Source: a virus
Length of the DNA: 64,000 nucleotides
Virus record (IMG/VR): IMGVR_UViG_3300036987_000538
Coordinates: 2,877-66,876 of that record
Strand: one strand, 5' to 3'
Every line of letters begins with the position of its first letter. Position 1 is the stretch's first letter. Below the pieces are notes generated by a model. It saw only the letters and a program-made list of their open reading frames with translations, ran no database searches and was not told where the DNA came from. This document shows, piece by piece, positions 19,473 to 27,303 of the stretch. Made by a program: the position numbers and the translations under genes.

Positions 19473-20471
19473 TTAGGCAACGAGGACGCCGTTCATCCGG
19501 CGGTTGGTCGTGCCCATCGTGCCGGCCCAAGCGATCAGCTTGACCATGGCATCCTGGTTCACGACGTGACGCGTCGGGTTGAGCGGGACCATGTCGCGTT
19601 CCGAGTGAGGCGAATAGAACAGCGTGTCGGTGTTCAGGAAGTACATGCGACCATCCTGGGGACCGTTACCACCGCCGATGCCGCCGTCGAGCACAACGTC
19701 AGCGCCCATGTACTTGAGCGACTGGAAGCCTGCCTGAGCGTCGGTTTCCTTGGTGATGCGCTGGATAGCCTGCAGCGACTCCAGATAGAACGTGAACGCC
19801 GTCTGATCAGCGAGGATCAGGTCCGGGTGCTTGTTGCCGAGCACGAGGCTCAGATACATGCGGTTCATGCCCGACTGGATCGTCGAGGCGCTCATGACGC
19901 CGAGGCCAGAGGTCGACATATCCAGCGCCTTGTTGCGCCAGAACGTCCACGTGCTGGAGTCGATGCCACCAACGGTGCCGAGGCCGGTGTCGGAAACGAG
20001 GAGCTGCAAGCCGCCGAGCTGCTTGCCAGCGTCCGCAGAGCCGTCGCTGAACACGTCGCCGCCGAGGACTTCGATCAGCGACTGCTCGGCGTTCTCGATG
20101 CGCTGCTCAAGCAGGTTGAGCACGGACGAGTCGCCGCTGTTGGTCAGCATTTCGAGGCCGGACATCGTGACGGCCACAGCCATCTGACGGAGGGTGTACT
20201 CCGCAGCGGTCAGGTGGTGCGTCGGACGGATGTCGAGGTTCTCGTAGCCCGAGTAACGCTTGACGGTTTCGTTGGCCTTGTAGCTCAGCTCTTTGACGAG
20301 CGAGCGACCGCCGGACCAAGGCTTACGCATGCCCTTCTTTTCGAGGCGATGCAGAAGCGCGTTCGACTTGGTGAAGTTGTCCGAGATCTTTTTGCTGCGC
20401 TTGCGCAGCGTGGTGGTCGAAATGTCGTCCCAGGCGCTCGCGTCGAGCACAGACTGTCCGGGTACTGCCAT
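19473..20471 (-). CDS. major capsid protein (lambda gpE-like family)
   Basis: AAGGAG SD; 332 aa; GRMYFLNTDTLFY...NPTRHVV and TWTFW blocks resemble lambda E (KKNFLPDNTMVL..., TEWS); followed by a terminator. Confidence 0.5.
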   Translation of the reverse strand: MAVPGQSVLDASAWDDISTTTLRKRSKKISDNFTKSNALLHRLEKKGMRKPWSGGRSLVKELSYKANETVKRYSGYENLDIRPTHHLTAAEYTLRQMAVAVTMSGLEMLTNSGDSSVLNLLEQRIENAEQSLIEVLGGDVFSDGSADAGKQLGGLQLLVSDTGLGTVGGIDSSTWTFWRNKALDMSTSGLGVMSASTIQSGMNRMYLSLVLGNKHPDLILADQTAFTFYLESLQAIQRITKETDAQAGFQSLKYMGADVVLDGGIGGGNGPQDGRMYFLNTDTLFYSPHSERDMVPLNPTRHVVNQDAMVKLIAWAGTMGTTNRRMNGVLVA

Positions 20472-20639
20472 GTGTGAAATCTCCTTGCATGGCTGGTTGA
20501 GATTTGCGCCAGACGGCGCGTTTCTCGACGAGCACTCAGGGAGGGGTCACCCACAGCGGCCGATGGTTGATGTGCGCGGAAGCGGGACACCAACGTGCTG
20601 CTTGGGCACCATGTCTCGCATGGTGTGCAGTGTCGTTGC

Positions 20640-20704
20640 AGGGATTATACAACGGTGAGTCGAATGTTTTTTATGAAACGCAAAACGGCACCCCGAAGGG
20701 TGCC
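20640..20704 (-). promoter_or_regulatory. terminator (GGCACCC-TTCG-GGGTGCC + U-tract) immediately followed by an extended -10 (TGTATAAT) promoter upstream of the capsid gene
   Basis: minus strand hairpin at 20687-20704 plus GTTTTGCGTTTCAT; TGTATAAT at about 20643-20650; 170-nt leader to the capsid ATG. Confidence 0.5.
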
Positions 20705-20734
20705 GCTGAGGTCGACGAAATAGGTTGCGTCGAG

Positions 20735-21376
20735 TTATGCGGATGCGGGCGAGGCGATGACCGCAGCGATGCCGTCGTCTTCGGGTAGCTTCGCGCGCAC
20801 CGGCTTAAAGATCGCGCGGTTGATCGCCATGAATGCCTGCTCGACGTGCGTGCGGCCGACCGCCAGCCAGCGCTTGTCGGTGTCGGGGTGCGCAGCAAGG
20901 TTGTCGAGACGGCGCAGGAGGCGCTCCTCGATCTCTTTGTTGAGGTTCACGTTCTCGACGACGATGCTGGGCTGAGGCGTGTAACCCTTGACCGGCAGCG
21001 GCTGCGCGGCTTCCTTGACCATCGAAAGGCCAAGAGCGCCGGCCATGGCGCGGACGGTCGAGACATAGATGTCGTCTTTGCGCTTCTGCGCGTCGCTCAG
21101 CTCGGCGTAGGGACGCATGCACGGATGCGTCTTGGCCTTGGCGTCCTTAACCTCGCCGTAAGTCCAGCCGGCGGCTTCCTTCTCGGCGAGCCACGACTTG
21201 TGCGACTCCTCGGGGCCGTTGCCGGCAAGCACGCCCTCAACGCCCTTACGCGCGCTCTCGCGCTGCCACTCGGGGGCGTGCTCCCAGGATGCCTGCGAGT
21301 TGTCGCCGATGGCCTCGCAATACGCGCGGTTGGCCTCGTGGGCGGCGCGGGCGCATGCTTCAATACGTGAATCCAT
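20735..21376 (-). CDS. RyR-domain protein (two-domain)
   Basis: KTHPCMRPYAELSDAQKRKDDIYVSTVRAM matches the RyR domain (PF02026) core; SD GGAGAGA after the palindrome; alternative ATG inside the palindrome at 21397. Confidence 0.5.
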   Translation of the reverse strand: MDSRIEACARAAHEANRAYCEAIGDNSQASWEHAPEWQRESARKGVEGVLAGNGPEESHKSWLAEKEAAGWTYGEVKDAKAKTHPCMRPYAELSDAQKRKDDIYVSTVRAMAGALGLSMVKEAAQPLPVKGYTPQPSIVVENVNLNKEIEERLLRRLDNLAAHPDTDKRWLAVGRTHVEQAFMAINRAIFKPVRAKLPEDDGIAAVIASPASA

Positions 21377-21390
21377 TTCCAGTCTCTCCG

Positions 21391-21404
21391 GTAACATCTG
21401 TTAC
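21391..21404. repeat. motif A GTAACATCTGTTAC
   Basis: between the scaffold stop and the RyR gene SD. Confidence 0.9.
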
Positions 21405-21441
21405 TGCTACTTCAATGCAGCACTAGCGCCGCTATTGCTGC

Positions 21442-22605
21442 TTAAACGCGCTGGTTGCTGGCGCTCTGGCGGGCCATCAATGCGGCCTCCAGCGCGGCGC
21501 GAACCGAGCCATCGGCGGCGGCTTCTGCTGGGGCGTCGCGAGTGACTACCGGCCCGCCTGGTGCCAAGCTGCCGCCAGCCTGACGGGCGCGCTTGGCGTC
21601 CTCACGCTGCTTGCGCTCCCACTCACGGCGGCGCTCAACTTCGAGGCTCTCCATGAGGCGCTGGCGCGTCGCCGGGTTGGCATGGACGGCCATGTCGTAC
21701 GCTTCCTTGAGCGTGTTCGCTCGACCGCCGTCGATCAGCAGCTTCATGTCGCCGCGCACTTCGTTGAAGAACGGGTAGCGGGGCTGTCCAGCCTCGTCGA
21801 CCTCGCTCGTAAACGCCGTGATCTCGCTCTGCACATTGGCCTGCAGCGCACGCTGCTCCTGCTGCTGGCGCTGCTGCACCGTCTGGCCAAACTGCCCGAG
21901 CTGCTGCTGCAGACGCTGGTTCTCTGCGCGCAGCTCGGCAAACTGACGTTGCAGCACCGGGTGCAGCTCGATCTGTTCATCGTCGCCGGGGCGAGCGGCC
22001 GGAGCGCCAACCAGCTTGTGCAGGTCGACGTTGCGGATGCCGGCCATCCACTTGATGAACTCGGCTGGATTGTCTTTGGAGAACTTGAAGCCGTCGAGCA
22101 GCTGCTTAAGGCCGGTCGCGTCGCTGATGCCGGCTGCGGTCCACTCCGTGCGGTGCGGCTTGAGGACGGCGTCGATCTCCTCGTATGCCTTACGCGTTGC
22201 AGCCATGCCTTGGAACTGCTGCGTAAACGCGGCTTCCATTGAACGGTTGCGCCCAACGAGAATGCCCTGGATCTTGCGGACGGCTGCAGCCTGCTCCTCG
22301 GGCAAGCCCTCGGTGAGCTTGTCGGCCTCGTCCCATGCGTCCTTGTCTTCCTTCGTCCACTTGACGGGGGCGGCAAGGCGGGTCGTCTTGGGTTTGTCGG
22401 CGGGAGGGGTGCCGTCTTTCGGCGCCTTGTCGGCCGGAGTGTCCGCGGACGCCTCGGGCTTTTTGTCGACCGGGTCTGCAGTCTCGACTTTTGGGGTGTC
22501 CACCACGTCGTCGCTGGTGGTCGGTGCGGGCGTGTCTGCCGCTGACTTGCCACTTGTCTGCGCGGCAAATGCCTCCTCAAGAGAGGCGCGTACGTCGTCG
22601 GACAT
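21442..22605 (-). CDS. putative scaffolding protein (acidic/Pro-rich N-terminus, helical Q/E-rich body)
   Basis: AAGGAGTTACAATG start at 22605; composition and position upstream of the capsid gene. Confidence 0.35.
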   Translation of the reverse strand: MSDDVRASLEEAFAAQTSGKSAADTPAPTTSDDVVDTPKVETADPVDKKPEASADTPADKAPKDGTPPADKPKTTRLAAPVKWTKEDKDAWDEADKLTEGLPEEQAAAVRKIQGILVGRNRSMEAAFTQQFQGMAATRKAYEEIDAVLKPHRTEWTAAGISDATGLKQLLDGFKFSKDNPAEFIKWMAGIRNVDLHKLVGAPAARPGDDEQIELHPVLQRQFAELRAENQRLQQQLGQFGQTVQQRQQQEQRALQANVQSEITAFTSEVDEAGQPRYPFFNEVRGDMKLLIDGGRANTLKEAYDMAVHANPATRQRLMESLEVERRREWERKQREDAKRARQAGGSLAPGGPVVTRDAPAEAAADGSVRAALEAALMARQSASNQRV

Positions 22606-22672
22606 TGTAACTCCTTGTGAGGCGTGTGCAGGGCATAGCGAGCGCACGCATGTTCACTGCTAAACGCGGGTA

Positions 22673-23149
22673 CTACGGAATGATGATGGACGGCTTGTCG
22701 TCGGGCATGGACGCCCGGCTGATGCCGCTCGTGTTGACGCTGTCGAAGCCGGCGCGATCGGCGCCTTCCGCCTTTGGTGCGCGGTAGCCCTGCTGGTGCA
22801 TTTGCATGGCTTCCACGAGGTCGCTCTGCACATCCTTGCGGCGCTGGCGCCGCTTGGTGTCCGCGGCGGCAATCTTGGGCAGCTCGTTACCGACCTCGAC
22901 GCAGCCGTGCCGCTTCAGGTGCTCACGATGCTGCGACCGGGACGTGATGGGTTCCCCGGTGATGGTGGAGCGATACTCCACCTTGTCGGAGATGATCATT
23001 GGGCACGGAAGGTCAGAGCGCGCGGGATGGGGGGTATTACGCTCTGCCTTCCGTGCGTCGCGCCACTCGGGGGAAAGTGGCGGCGAGTTCTTGAGAAAGC
23101 TCAGGTCGAGGCCGTGAAGACTGACGCTTGCCATTAGTCGACCATGCAC
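22673..23149 (-). CDS. hypothetical protein (Cys/His-containing)
   Basis: ORF only; CPMIISDKVEYRSTITGEPITSRSQHREHLKRHGC could be a Zn-binding site. Confidence 0.25.
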   Translation of the reverse strand: MHGRLMASVSLHGLDLSFLKNSPPLSPEWRDARKAERNTPHPARSDLPCPMIISDKVEYRSTITGEPITSRSQHREHLKRHGCVEVGNELPKIAAADTKRRQRRKDVQSDLVEAMQMHQQGYRAPKAEGADRAGFDSVNTSGISRASMPDDKPSIIIP

Positions 23150-23664
23150 ACGAGGGCCTGGAAGCCGAAGATCGACTCGCAGTCACGCTGCAAGAGCGAC
23201 TTCGGCTTGGCTGCGACCTTGCGCTTGATCTTGCGCTCGACGCGCGGCTCCGGCACGGCCGGCACTTCGATCGCGGGCGAGATGTCAGCCGGCTGCAGAG
23301 TCTCGATGTTGATGTCGAGCGGCGGCAGCTCCGGCTCGGGTTCGGGGATTGGGGTTAGCGTGGCCAGCTCGTCGAGCGCGTTCGGCAGCTTGTCCGCGCG
23401 CTTCTCGCGGTTGACCTCGAACACCGGCACTTCGCGCACGGCGACATCGGCTGCGGGGATCACGTCCACGTGGCGCTTGGCAAACCAGACGCCGAGCGAG
23501 ACGACGAGACACACGGCCAGTGCGAGGCACGCAACTGCGGGATAGCGGTTGACGATCTTGAGCATGACACCCCCTGAATTTGTGCAGTAGGTGGGTGACC
23601 ACCTACTGCTGAGGCTCCGAGACGAGACACCTGTTGCGCGGAGCCGAGAAAGGGATTTTATCAC
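23134..23664 (-). CDS. membrane-anchored Pro-rich protein (TonB-like EP/KP spacer)
   Basis: TM helix AVACLALAVCLVVSLGVWF followed by PIPEPEPELPP...KIKRKVAAKPK. Confidence 0.35.
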   Translation of the reverse strand: MIKSLSRLRATGVSSRSLSSRWSPTYCTNSGGVMLKIVNRYPAVACLALAVCLVVSLGVWFAKRHVDVIPAADVAVREVPVFEVNREKRADKLPNALDELATLTPIPEPEPELPPLDINIETLQPADISPAIEVPAVPEPRVERKIKRKVAAKPKSLLQRDCESIFGFQALVCMVD

Positions 23665-23684
23665 GCGGGGTTGAGTGATTTTTC

Positions 23685-24824
23685 TCAGAAGATGATTGAA
23701 GCGCGGAACGTGATGCCGCCGACCTTCGGCGTGTAGCTGAGCCGGATGATTCCTTGAGCGCCCGCGCCGGATGCTGATGAGCTTCTGGCTCCGCTTCCTC
23801 CGCCAGCCCCGTAAAGGCCACCATTGGCGCCGCTCCTGCCGGTACCCTGTCCACCACCACCGCCGCCGCCGCCTGAGCCTGCGGATGATGGAGTGCTCCA
23901 GTTCGCGCCGGCACCCCCTGCGCTACCCGCAGCATTTGGGTTGCCGCCGTTGCCGCCGTTGCCGCCTTGTCCACCACCACCGCCGCTACCGCCTGCGCCT
24001 GGAAAGCCCGCGCTGCCGCCGTTGGCGCCGTTGCCGGAGTTGCCGCCGCCTTCACCACCGCCGCCGGAGCCGCTTCCGCCGCCGCCACCGTTGCCGCCTT
24101 GGCCCCCAGGACCGCCCGCGCCGCCGCCACCGGAGCCGCCGCCGTTTGAGACGTTTGGCGTGCTGCCGCCGTTGCCGCCCGAGAAAGCATTTGCTGATGG
24201 AATGCACGAGGCTGCTGCACCGCCAGCGCCTCCTGCTGCGGTAGCAGATGATTGGTTTGACGCGCCGGCTAAGCCGCCCTTGGCGAGTACGTCGCTAGAT
24301 GAGACGAACCACGTGTCTCCGCCAGCGCTGCCGGCGGCGCCGCCCGCAGCGACCGTGTAGGACGCCGTGCCGCCGGGCGTGAGGGTTACGTTGGCCTTGA
24401 AGACGTACGCGCCACCACCGCCGCCGCCCTTGTTGTTGTTGACGCCGAGGTTGGTGCCGCCGCCTGCGCCGCCGCCGATGCACTCGACGAGGTTGTTGGC
24501 GCTGTCCCAATCGTCGGGTACGGCCCATGAGTTGGCGCCGGTCGTGGTGAGATAGACGAAAACCGAATACGCATAGAGCGGGTTCGGCCGCGTGATGCCG
24601 CCCTGCTCGACCTGCTCGACGACGCGAGCGCCAAACAGTGACTTGGTCGCCTTGTCGTAATGAAGCTCGTACGCAGTCGTCGCAATGCCGAGCAGCGGTC
24701 CAGACGCTGCAGCGGCCGTGACGAGTAGGGTGCGCAGCTTCTTTTTGCCGCCGCGCCAGCGCTTCGCCGGCTTGAGGCCGTGCAGCCGCGCGACGCGCAG
24801 CAGCTCCGCGGATTTCTTGTCCAT
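23685..24824 (-). CDS. glycine-rich protein translationally coupled to the fiber-repeat protein
   Basis: TAACATG coupling with 24826-26964; N-terminal basic/hydrophobic segment; about 250 aa of GGxGG repeats; C-terminal beta strand IIRLSYTP. Confidence 0.4.
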   Translation of the reverse strand: MDKKSAELLRVARLHGLKPAKRWRGGKKKLRTLLVTAAAASGPLLGIATTAYELHYDKATKSLFGARVVEQVEQGGITRPNPLYAYSVFVYLTTTGANSWAVPDDWDSANNLVECIGGGAGGGTNLGVNNNKGGGGGGAYVFKANVTLTPGGTASYTVAAGGAAGSAGGDTWFVSSSDVLAKGGLAGASNQSSATAAGGAGGAAASCIPSANAFSGGNGGSTPNVSNGGGSGGGGAGGPGGQGGNGGGGGSGSGGGGEGGGNSGNGANGGSAGFPGAGGSGGGGGQGGNGGNGGNPNAAGSAGGAGANWSTPSSAGSGGGGGGGGQGTGRSGANGGLYGAGGGSGARSSSASGAGAQGIIRLSYTPKVGGITFRASIIF

Positions 24825-24825
24825 G

Positions 24826-26964
24826 TTACGGCTTCACAAATTTGAGTGAGAGGGTGACTTGCTTGACCGTCGTCGCGGACTCGATCTCGAAGCCAAAGAC
24901 GTCGCCAGCAGCGAACGACGTCGTCCAGCCGGTGAGAGTTGAGCTTGCCGCGTACTGCGCAGAAGAAAGCGTGGGCTTGGCCGAAGCGACGATAGAGTTG
25001 CCGTTTGCCGGAACAGCCGCCGCGTTTTTCCAGACATCCACGACGACAGAGCCCGAGGCATCGCCGATCACCGCCCACGACGTTATTACGCCGTTGAAGT
25101 CGATTGGCAGGAAGCCTTTGACGCCGGTCGTCAGTGCGTTCTGCCCGTCGCCGATGGTCACAGTGATTGTGCCGGTGCGCGAGTTGGCGCTCATGGACAG
25201 CGTGCGGTCAGCAGCGAGTGTGCCGCCGCCGGTCATGCCGTCGCCGGCCGACACAGAGCGACCAATAGCGGCGAATGCGGCGTTGGCGGCAGCGACGCTG
25301 TAAAAGTCCGTGCCGGCCTCAAGATCGAGCAGCGCGCGCATGGCCGCGTAGTTGGCAGCGCCGAGCAGCGACTGCGCGTTCGCCGAGGGCGCAACGCCAG
25401 CAAACGTGGCGAGGTTCGCGCTGTACGCCTGCACGTTGGTGCCGATGGCGAGGCCGAGGTTCGTGCGCGCCGTGGCGGCGTCGCTTGCGCCCGTGCCGCC
25501 ATCAGCAACCGCCACGTCGGTGCCGCCCGGAAAATACTTCGAGAAAGACGATCCCGACTGCTGTATCCACGCGCCCCACGTTCCGTTGTTCTTGACGCGC
25601 GTCCACTCCGTGTTGGTGTTCGCGAAGTCCCAAACCTGCTGCCGGGTCCAGAGTGAGTTGTGAGAAGTCACAAGCCCGATGAACCAGTTTGCGCTGCCAC
25701 CGGGGGCGTTGGTTCCCGAAGACACCATGTACCAGCCGTTTTCGACGGCTAAGTCCCAATCACTGCTGGGCACCGACTTGGCGATGGTGCCAAGGCGACC
25801 GCCGGAAACGATGGGGACAATCAGCGCGTCCATTGCCGACTTGCTGTAGAAGTCAGTTCCGGCTTCGAGGTCGAGCAAGCCGCGCATAGAGGCATAGTTG
25901 GCCGATTGCGTAAGTGACCGGCCGTTCGCGGACATATCGGTGATGTCGGCGACCTGCAGCGTTACGGCGCCAGTCTTGCCGGCGACGCTCAACACTTGGT
26001 CGGTATAGTCCGCCTTGAACCAATTGCCGGCGAACGTCGTGGTCGAAGCGTTGTCGACCTTCGCGATGATGCGGTCGTTCACCGCGAACGCCACGCCATT
26101 GACCGTACCCGCGACGGTCACAAAGTAGGACATGCCGCGCTGTGCGGTGCCGCCGCCGGGGAACACGCCGCTTGATGCGTCCCAATCGCCTTGCAGCACA
26201 ACCGCCGCATCCAGAAACGCGATGCGCTCGCCAAGGTATGCGAGCACGGCCTCGACGGTCGTGCCAGTGAAGTAAGAGCCTGAGTCCTGAACGCCAACGA
26301 GGCTGGCGCCTTTGCCGCTCGCGGTCGACGCATAGTTGGCGACAACACTCGCGATCAACGCGTCGATCTCGCTTTCGGTGTAATAGCGGTCGTCGTGCGT
26401 GTGCCCCACAAGCGACGGCGCGGCGGATGCCTGTTTGATCAGCTTTCCGCTCGTGCCGTCCCACAGAACGGCGCGGCCGTCAGTGACCGCAGCGCCAGGC
26501 CCGAACACATCGCCGAGCAGCCCGGTCAGCTCGGTCACCGCCTCGTTCTCGTCGATGATGCCAATGCGTGTGACGCCGCCGACTTCGCGGGCGAACAGCC
26601 GCACGTACCCGGCAGCTGGCGCATCGGGTACAGACGCCTGCAGCTTGATGTCGTCGTGGACGTCGAGCTTGCGCGTCTGCGCGGCGATGGCGCCCGGTGA
26701 CGTGATGTTACCCGCTGCGTCTACATGCGCGTTAGATGCGCCGATCTCGCCGCCGGTTGTGCCGACGAAATAGGGGATTGCGAACGCGGTTGACTCGGTC
26801 GGCGCCTTGACGCGGTCGGCGTTGATGAAGTCCTGCAGCGCGCCAAGCTCGTAAGTGGCAGGCTCGTCCGCCAGCGTGCCGGGAGCGCCGAACAGGATGT
26901 TGCTGCGCGCGACGTCGTCGGCGCTGTCAACTGGCGTCAGTGATCGCAGATCGCGCTTGGCCAT
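24826..26964 (-). CDS. tail-fiber-repeat protein (fibre/tailspike-like), 712 aa
   Basis: three copies of the phage tail fibre repeat (SANYASMRGLLDLEAGTDFYSKSAMDALI, GAANYAAMRALLDLEAGTDFYSVAA, HTHDDRYYTESEIDALI). Confidence 0.5.
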   Translation of the reverse strand: MAKRDLRSLTPVDSADDVARSNILFGAPGTLADEPATYELGALQDFINADRVKAPTESTAFAIPYFVGTTGGEIGASNAHVDAAGNITSPGAIAAQTRKLDVHDDIKLQASVPDAPAAGYVRLFAREVGGVTRIGIIDENEAVTELTGLLGDVFGPGAAVTDGRAVLWDGTSGKLIKQASAAPSLVGHTHDDRYYTESEIDALIASVVANYASTASGKGASLVGVQDSGSYFTGTTVEAVLAYLGERIAFLDAAVVLQGDWDASSGVFPGGGTAQRGMSYFVTVAGTVNGVAFAVNDRIIAKVDNASTTTFAGNWFKADYTDQVLSVAGKTGAVTLQVADITDMSANGRSLTQSANYASMRGLLDLEAGTDFYSKSAMDALIVPIVSGGRLGTIAKSVPSSDWDLAVENGWYMVSSGTNAPGGSANWFIGLVTSHNSLWTRQQVWDFANTNTEWTRVKNNGTWGAWIQQSGSSFSKYFPGGTDVAVADGGTGASDAATARTNLGLAIGTNVQAYSANLATFAGVAPSANAQSLLGAANYAAMRALLDLEAGTDFYSVAAANAAFAAIGRSVSAGDGMTGGGTLAADRTLSMSANSRTGTITVTIGDGQNALTTGVKGFLPIDFNGVITSWAVIGDASGSVVVDVWKNAAAVPANGNSIVASAKPTLSSAQYAASSTLTGWTTSFAAGDVFGFEIESATTVKQVTLSLKFVKP

Positions 26965-27288
26965 TTAGAATACCCAATCCAAATCGTAATCGCCCCACTC
27001 AAGATCGTTGCCGGCCCACTGGAGCCCGTAAGAGAGTCCGAGTAGTTCGGTGACTTCGTGCCAGGACCGAACGCCGAGCACGTTGGCAAACGCGACCTGC
27101 GCCGTGTTCAGCGACGTGTAGCTCGTGCCGAGCGCGTCGTTGATGTACTGCAGCAGCCGCTCGTCGAACGTGCCGCGATCAACGTCGAGCAGATCCCAAA
27201 GCGAGTGCCAGTCGCCCTCGAATGGGAGGGCGGTTCCGGTTTCGCTTCGGATCGCGCGCTGCAACTCACTTTGATTGGGGCCGGGCAC
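26965..27288 (-). CDS. small acidic protein (107 aa)
   Basis: GTG start 1 nt after the palindrome at 27290-27303, whose AGGTG serves as SD. Confidence 0.3.
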   Translation of the reverse strand: MPGPNQSELQRAIRSETGTALPFEGDWHSLWDLLDVDRGTFDERLLQYINDALGTSYTSLNTAQVAFANVLGVRSWHEVTELLGLSYGLQWAGNDLEWGDYDLDWVF

Positions 27289-27289
27289 A

Positions 27290-27303
27290 GTAACACCTGT
27301 TAC
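27290..27303. repeat. motif A GTAACACCTGTTAC
   Basis: overlaps the portal stop; 1 nt from the next GTG start. Confidence 0.9.

Noticed and set aside
20735-21397. Anti-defence (Acb2/Tad-like) identity for the C-terminal half of the RyR protein
   Set aside because: Only a vague impression. No motif could be matched from memory.
23824-24360. 178-aa Pro-rich ORF on the plus strand, plus several other Ala/Arg/Pro-rich ORFs in the track (5339-6160+, 16458-17450+, 18804-20477+, 33303-34208+, 53532-54530+, 53950-54984-)
   Set aside because: These are antisense or off-frame artefacts of high-GC coding DNA. They have a low-complexity R/A/P composition and fully overlap well-supported genes.
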